A stretch of 64,000 bases of DNA from Schizochytrium sp. TIO01 (taxonomy: Eukaryota; Protista; Bigyra: Labyrinthulomycetes), in the NCBI GenBank assembly GCA_004764695.1, contig SMSO01000014.1, positions 2,351,648 to 2,415,647 on the forward strand, written 5' to 3'. Of this stretch, positions 59,801 to 64,000 are shown one piece after another. A program made the translations under genes and the position numbers. The notes beneath the pieces are model-generated. The model was not told the origin of the DNA, searched no databases, and worked only from the letters and a program-made list of their open reading frames with translations. Within the stretch, counting starts at the first letter, position 1. Every line of letters starts with the position of its first letter.

Positions 59801-60537
59801 CTGTAATAGACCTCTTTCTTGCTGTTGATTTCTTTAAGAGCAAGCGTGCAATGCGAGAGCTATGCTGGTTTTCAAGACTGACACCTCTTCACGAGTCTCA
59901 AGAGTCCTTCGATATTTGCGTTGCATATGCATTGCATGAAAATGATATTCTAGGACAAAATAAAGTCCGTGTTGCTGATGGACTTCGTGCAGAAGGTAAG
60001 GAGGTGCGAGAGCCGCTTCTGAGGCTTTGGGGAAACCAGGAAGTCGACATTGCAAACACTCCATTTGCAAAGCTCCCAATGCTTTGCAAGCGTGACTACT
60101 TCGTGTCCGCCCATATAATATGTAATTCCATTCGAAAGGATCTTGAAGATTCCAAATGGGGAGACCACCTAGAAACTATAAATATGGTACCATTGCCGGA
60201 TGTCAAACTTCGAGCCCATCAGCTTGAGGGAATAACTCTCAAGCTACCAATTGATTCAAAATACTCTCGTAAGACTATGTTTACTCGGCTTATGATTAAT
60301 GAAGCAGATGCAATGTCCATGAAACGTCTAAGCTCTCGACGTTTCGAGGAGTATGCTTGTAGACAGCTTTACCGTGCATGGAAGTTGCGAAATCCTTTAG
60401 CTGCAAATGCTCAGGTTGGTATGCAATTCGACGATCTTTCTACTGAAGACAAAAGCTCATATATTAAGATTGTGCATATTGCGGTGCTCCTATATATTGA
60501 CCATCTGGCAAATTATTGGATGCACCGCTCGGGGTGA
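53833..60537 (+). CDS. ~2234-aa uncharacterised protein with an ARM/HEAT-like helical solenoid and a C-terminal EF-hand-like region
   Basis: Uninterrupted 6.7-kb ORF; first ATG at 53833 (the track start is TTG). Leu-rich helical repeats (ALITLWSLAS, GATLAWSI, LGCILLLSEN); degenerate EF-hand-type motifs LSRNQYWQFLED, MCRYQFVELIFLLA, MSLPDWNNLI, LTFVSFLEALARLA. Confidence 0.8.
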   Translation: MIPTHRDHRASAPPRGSLTQFGGTHVRAQLLKPVVGKHCRVDGNHISSNSDLEKEVQLKSRKHLERREGPATRAGMLTSSALLKTSGAASWYNKDLLRKNHSKNEPESNPNIVHVILRTDFPTSERTSTKRPNLSPTKEESQQNENLVDKSPTSPSDEDADEALPTPSYNENSAFNQCVDWAHTDSIRVDRHAHHIRRLSRLDVSIQEEEGASLGTKRQRAMRLLRVMTRMYGDGNPSSHAMRFDDREKFPFVGYAGLDATSSTLSTLKKVFYNQTKNKHILVGEDIVLVCYDVVSHSEAQVVTTTFVKYLLNRYVNGRQTRQRKTLEGILSDFELGISADRIDSAEAIYALVGLSKIAQCKENQRELSWDRHVKDSILIAILSVLQHREPDLITSHNDSIQFQALITLWSLASTSYVLCARFGTLPIVSVLVRYMGILRFYKKEIEALDLNEHVEGVLGALASASSDGQTQAQLWPDVAPELLWAVDEFPSSRIQEFVFQIVRNGSIALRNFLDTSHPANEEIVLQLLISMLKICKQATKARPVDKHGVTTIDHMLAVLANCNMVLPRIPIEHLGVVFQCSQFRFPKELLNAETETHLVRCLLVVLAKLTSNHNDAQRISCEALVEMYARPTYIYERSSLQNLALEVLIDTLACVDSSHLESHLVQSISQLMLATLQAYKQENPDAVHAVAYNLARLRFTKCQKILCIDLLDGGVIDVLLASFASCGKANSKLGLQIMSALVTLANFATRIGGETRRELWEKTEGIMSVLQTFENETPGREWLRNSHIISNGATLAWSIRNKKLASRMFLELLQTISAAYFSKDKPVWGLVNGAICQSLIDAACEEAELASSSISEKEKEKSPDLFSEAPQVNVTNSIYISFARHLCSQLKQCANLVRYLPSSSEASVDCEVSNHPSQFQSGSFPQRFTVSQQNSVTKGRSSLAGRTMSRCYPDRSSPVPMPDNIPPAPFGANEILTRTERLIESFKIDIFEDEDDNIRRLLDETHRNESESKAQMKSRLAASRLQLDEEEIRAQIEQCKQESSTKVVLQQESNSVTTLLIERISVLLYIVEYFIIKVPARTAAEIIPILQDNALGPIHSLIDSGEVPSAQKLACCKVMQRLSENYETFGLHRVNVAEDDTKLEAVESIPSASKNWVSQKLRLVHLAGSLLCANKDRNIQLEAAELALQILASIRPQLSGVNQLTSELASSKLHIGLLELLRYTHLAGSSCYNKQQRAAVLGCILLLSENHGLQLRLARHDLTIETLFQIANIRSAAVCSPSWQDTNAELAIKTLLNLKENQGNLTAFYMVELRIPELRTKLKVWLDEKQSSMLGLKQGSNAIKRAGGLDTRQSQNSTPQAVVEKFLLEGNDAPELLLGVDAGLVFPEPIISRSYLEWVIPRGGSVSLLTVSQLKSDAEISEDDLLPAPRDKPAIDRLFSRAAMLRGEIRQPRAPRIWNYLPSHNLNPHAFLCPETGLVLEIPLEFVLTRDSQVMPSAIGGDSTQTNLNSTMRFLQASSMNIAIEDDDEWDLVDSVFGPRAQPALDAGHFWNTEDILQAAMNWDLSMCMRKPSFVRTISSRYSKADLVTAISYIEASYTCIGISFLFYTSTERVDARVLSESTYNMFCLSRNQYWQFLEDSNLLEIGSHLSVQDFDEIYARVTGDLAPATSQEIDVSQVSAVFKHGKRSAPMCRYQFVELIFLLADAIYVHAPSNAPQRVRMLCRAVLSLVDHCFKQVAEVASLNSDLFRHNSLYRVSIHNVFQRSSRALKEHVFNRYAGESLNSTAWGGARGLRMSLPDWNNLIDQLELLRFHGLSNADCNIVFQLSILTVVDLVQDWQKACSLTFVSFLEALARLALYLPLPTRSELAAHGVTSIAAYYDMYHATDMWQLFDDQLGHQHNALHDWLMNYGGKYASRRRRSSAMQAPKLLLLSEVAQNNGLNNSKMKLPQRQDISSEPEDPFPGFADIGLLQNETSTTAAIEPEQAQAVIDLFLAVDFFKSKRAMRELCWFSRLTPLHESQESFDICVAYALHENDILGQNKVRVADGLRAEGKEVREPLLRLWGNQEVDIANTPFAKLPMLCKRDYFVSAHIICNSIRKDLEDSKWGDHLETINMVPLPDVKLRAHQLEGITLKLPIDSKYSRKTMFTRLMINEADAMSMKRLSSRRFEEYACRQLYRAWKLRNPLAANAQVGMQFDDLSTEDKSSYIKIVHIAVLLYIDHLANYWMHRSG

Positions 60538-61199
60538 AGACCGTGCTTTTACGACGTAGATATCTTCTTTATGCTGGTTGATGGATCTACTCCCACTCTA
60601 TACGCTCCAGAAGGAAAAGGAATATATACAATCTTTTCTCCAAGTTATCTATCTTTCATCTTGTAAGCACATGATGTAGCTCAACAATTTGATCATTACT
60701 TGCTACATTCTCATAATGAAACCTTACTTCTCGAATCGCAAGTGGGTACTTGCTTTCTTTCAAATCCTTATTATACATAACTTGTAACCGATGTTCACGA
60801 GGCTTTTCGCAAGGTTGGTGCAAGACAATTATATATATACATATATTCCAAGTTTTGATTTATATATTTTAAAAGATTAGATTTGGTTTGCAGAAACTGC
60901 AACCAACAGTCCTGTACCTATTCTTTTTAGTTATATTAGCGTCACAGTTATGCAAATAAAACAACTGCTCAGAGATATGATACCTCTGGTAAAAGGAATT
61001 CGATATATCTTCTTTAACGATGATTCTTCTTTTCATTTCTTGGGAGAGTTGCATTCAACTTGAATAGAATTATCCTGGAGGGAGCGAATCAAAGTAATCT
61101 CGATTGTCACAAGATTCGATAAAAGCTCACGACTCGAGGATACTTATACATTCGCAATTCAGGGTTTGCATCAACAAGCAAAGCATCCAATTTTCGAAG

Positions 61200-63716
61200 T
61201 CATGCAGCGTTCAAGTTTATCTCTGCAAGCTGAGCTCGAGGCATGCGAACTGATACAGCTCCAAGTTTCATACCCTGCCGCTTTAAAAATGCATTTAGGT
61301 TCACAGTTTCTTTTTGTGAGTTTTCAAGATCCTTTCGCGCAGATCGAACTTCACATCGAGCCTCGTCTAATTGCCTGCGAAGATAGCGGACTTGTCGCTC
61401 GAGAGATGTTATATAATCTTGGTCAAGCTGCTCAATGCGATTTTCCGGTGACTCTTGGGGTGCTTGGTTATTCGAAGAATAATATGTAGGTTGTTGAGGG
61501 GTGGTTTGATCAACCTCGAGGCGAGACAAGAACAAAGAGGATACAGCCTTACTCTTAACACTTTGCTCTTTGAGCCGATTCATCAACAGGGAAGCAAAAG
61601 ACTGGAGTTGTGGAGTATAGCTGCAACTATTAGCCAACACAGGGTCGCCTTGAAAGCATGCGTCCACAACACTGGTCAGTTGGGCTACATCTAACCCCAA
61701 CGAGCCTTGTTTTACCTCAAGTTTCGCCTCCAATTTCTCTAGTTGTAAACGTTGTTCTGAAATTGTAGTTTCTGCTTGCTGAAGCAACTTTCTGGTGTCA
61801 TCATGACTCGTAGACTCTGCTCGTAGCTCTTGCTTATAAGTTTTCTTGATATCTCGTAGCTGGTTTTCCATGTTGTTAATGTGAGTATAAGCTTGTATAA
61901 GCTCTTGAGACGAAGCTTCGTCACGCTTAGAAGAAGGCAATTTTGAGTCTGGAGATTGACAAAGTAGATCCTGGTTTTCCTCTTCAAGCTCTATTAGACG
62001 CTTCTTGTACGCCACATATTCCGTTTGCAGCTGACGCAGCTGGCGCCTCGTTTGCTGAAGTTCCTCCATTTTTTTTGAGAAAATAATCTCGTCTCGTTCA
62101 AGATCAGCTCTTGCCTCTTCAAGTTCTGAACGTAAATCTTCAATTCGCGAATCACATTCTGAATGGTCCGGTTGCATAGGCGCTGCTAAAGCTTGCCCCA
62201 TTGCTGTAATTTGATTAAGTAGAGAAAGGCGTTCATGTTCCCATTCGCGTTCACGGGATTCTAAAGCTTGAATACGATTAAACAGGGTGTCGTCTGGCGT
62301 TATTGAATAATCTTGAGTCGCCCTCGGGTTTGCATGTCTTTTCTTCAGATGCGAATCTTTTGATTTTCTCGATACAGCTGGGCTTGATCCTATAATACTG
62401 GGCGAACTTTCAGCATCTGATTCAGAGTCACTTAAGTTGGGCTGAAGGCCATTCAAAATCGGCAAATTCTTGATATTGCGAGCTCGGTTTGCATATTTTA
62501 GAGTATTTAAAGTTTCAGCAAGACTATCGTCAGTTGGACTTATGCATGCCACGAAGAGAGTGTGAGAGTTTCCTCCTAGGGAGTCTCTTAAGAGTCGTGT
62601 CAGCTTAGACTGTCGGTAAGGAACATGAGCACTTTGTTGCCGCCTCTCATCACCAAGTATGCTAATAACATTTCCTAATGCCAAAAGTCCTTGATTGATT
62701 TGAATAGATTCTTGGAAACGCTCTCCAACCGCCATAGTTCGTTTGTTCCGCTCGCTGCCAGCAAGGTCAACCAGGTGAAATTTGGCAGATCGTTGCTTCC
62801 AGGTATCACCTCCCCGTTGTTCGAGATTTATTGTAAATATTGCATGCGATCTTGAGGATTCTGAGTTCATCTGGGTTGAGCCAGTCGTACGAGCTTGCGC
62901 CCCGACTTCCAGTTGTGCTATCATATCAGTGATATTTTTCACAGGCACTTCCGTAACGCCCTGCACAAGGAGATTACCCGTACCTCCATCTCGAATATTA
63001 AGAGTGGGTCTGCTCTTCCCTATACGTACTGGAGCAAGTAGGTCGCGCACACTTTCATTGTATATTTCCAAATAAGATACGCTCAAAAAAGACTCAATGT
63101 GACTAGGTAATGCTTGGCAGATTGTAGAAAATGCAAAGCAAACGCGTGGAGCCAAGCCTAAAGATGGATCCAATGAATGTTCGAGCTCTCCACCCAAAGC
63201 TTGAAGTGTTAAACTAGCAGCTTCTACTCCCATGCCCATTGTGTATGTCTTTCCAGATCCTGTCTGTCCGTAGGCTAAAACTGTTGCATTATACCCTTCA
63301 AAGCACCTCTGCACTAAATCATATACTCCATTTTCAAAAAGTTCTACCTGTGATGACTTCGGACCGTAGGCAATATCGAATGTGAAACCTCGGTCCTTGC
63401 TAAGTACAATTTGACGTCCTTCGCGAACCTGGGCACACTTGACGCAGCCACGAAGGCGCTCCTCTCGTGCAATCGGTCTTACTCGCACAGCAACCCGAAC
63501 CTGCTGAGGAGGTGAGGTCACCAATCTAGGTATTGGTGGGAGGCACGCTTCTGTGTTAGGTTTCTCCCCAGGTTTCTCTCGTGAAGGTCCATCCTGAGAA
63601 CCGCTACTCGCAGTGGCGTAGCGCTGGAGCTGGTTCTGATTGCCTTCGAGGTCGTGACCAAACCCATCAATCCTTTCTTGTTGAGGTCTACGCTGTTGAG
63701 CCCAACGTGAGGACAT
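61200..63716 (-). CDS. Kinesin, kinesin-4-like (KIF4/KIF7/KIF21/KIF27 type), N-terminal motor plus coiled coil
   Basis: VRVAVRVRP, P-loop GQTGSGKTYTMG, SYLEIYNE, NSESSRSHAIF, FHLVDLAGSER, INQGLLALGNVISILGD, HVPYRQSKLTRLLRDSLGGNS; first ATG at 63716. Confidence 0.95.
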   Translation of the reverse strand: MSSRWAQQRRPQQERIDGFGHDLEGNQNQLQRYATASSGSQDGPSREKPGEKPNTEACLPPIPRLVTSPPQQVRVAVRVRPIAREERLRGCVKCAQVREGRQIVLSKDRGFTFDIAYGPKSSQVELFENGVYDLVQRCFEGYNATVLAYGQTGSGKTYTMGMGVEAASLTLQALGGELEHSLDPSLGLAPRVCFAFSTICQALPSHIESFLSVSYLEIYNESVRDLLAPVRIGKSRPTLNIRDGGTGNLLVQGVTEVPVKNITDMIAQLEVGAQARTTGSTQMNSESSRSHAIFTINLEQRGGDTWKQRSAKFHLVDLAGSERNKRTMAVGERFQESIQINQGLLALGNVISILGDERRQQSAHVPYRQSKLTRLLRDSLGGNSHTLFVACISPTDDSLAETLNTLKYANRARNIKNLPILNGLQPNLSDSESDAESSPSIIGSSPAVSRKSKDSHLKKRHANPRATQDYSITPDDTLFNRIQALESREREWEHERLSLLNQITAMGQALAAPMQPDHSECDSRIEDLRSELEEARADLERDEIIFSKKMEELQQTRRQLRQLQTEYVAYKKRLIELEEENQDLLCQSPDSKLPSSKRDEASSQELIQAYTHINNMENQLRDIKKTYKQELRAESTSHDDTRKLLQQAETTISEQRLQLEKLEAKLEVKQGSLGLDVAQLTSVVDACFQGDPVLANSCSYTPQLQSFASLLMNRLKEQSVKSKAVSSLFLSRLEVDQTTPQQPTYYSSNNQAPQESPENRIEQLDQDYITSLERQVRYLRRQLDEARCEVRSARKDLENSQKETVNLNAFLKRQGMKLGAVSVRMPRAQLAEINLNAA

Positions 63717-64000
63717 AGCGTCAACTAATAAACTGAAATGCAGCCCAGAAAGTTTGCATGAGGACTCTACGTTCGTTCCGTTTGCGTACTTCAATGTTTG
63801 ATGCAAAATGTCTGCCTTAGTTTTGCTGGAAAAGTACCTAGTACCATCCTACGTACTATTAGTTGACGTTGAGGACCATTCTTAACTAGAGAATGTAGCA
63901 CCAACTTACTAAGTGCCTAAAAATAGTTCCTACTAATACTACTGCAAAGTCGAAGCACTTGCACCAGGTCCTATTCAGAGTTGAAAATTTCATTATTCAT

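Noticed and set aside
60538-60666. 42 open codons after the TGA of the giant ORF (possible readthrough or selenocysteine)
   Set aside because: The stop context TGA-AGA is not a known readthrough motif, I saw no SECIS, and the length is compatible with chance.

Overview
Intron-poor eukaryotic nuclear DNA in the standard genetic code, with AT-rich intergenic regions and many microsatellites. The gene content and style suggest a non-photosynthetic stramenopile, probably a thraustochytrid such as Aurantiochytrium (inference). Genes in order: 3' end of an upstream gene; Sec24 (COPII); a type I membrane protein (FN2-like domain, P/S/T stalk, TM, PH); a head-to-head RPS16/RPL13 pair, each with one structured intron; CENP-L; a ~15 kb gene-free stretch; three adjacent putative transcription factors (Rel/velvet-like Ig domain plus Myb-like; Myb/SANT-like; Zn2Cys6 plus PAS-like); a RhoGAP-like/SH3 protein lacking the arginine finger; a coiled-coil protein; a ~2230-aa ARM/EF-hand-like protein; and a kinesin-4-like motor. 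The most striking observation is the Zn2Cys6-PAS gene. It has no in-frame AUG before its DNA-binding domain. About 960 nt of upstream sense sequence contain no ATG, and the first AUG (39872, strong context) opens a 5-codon ORF ending AAG-UGA-U that must shift +1 to enter the main frame. This suggests programmed +1 frameshifting or non-AUG/uORF control, although a 1-nt assembly error or strain mutation has to be excluded first. I could not support any tRNA, rRNA, CRISPR array or intact mobile element.
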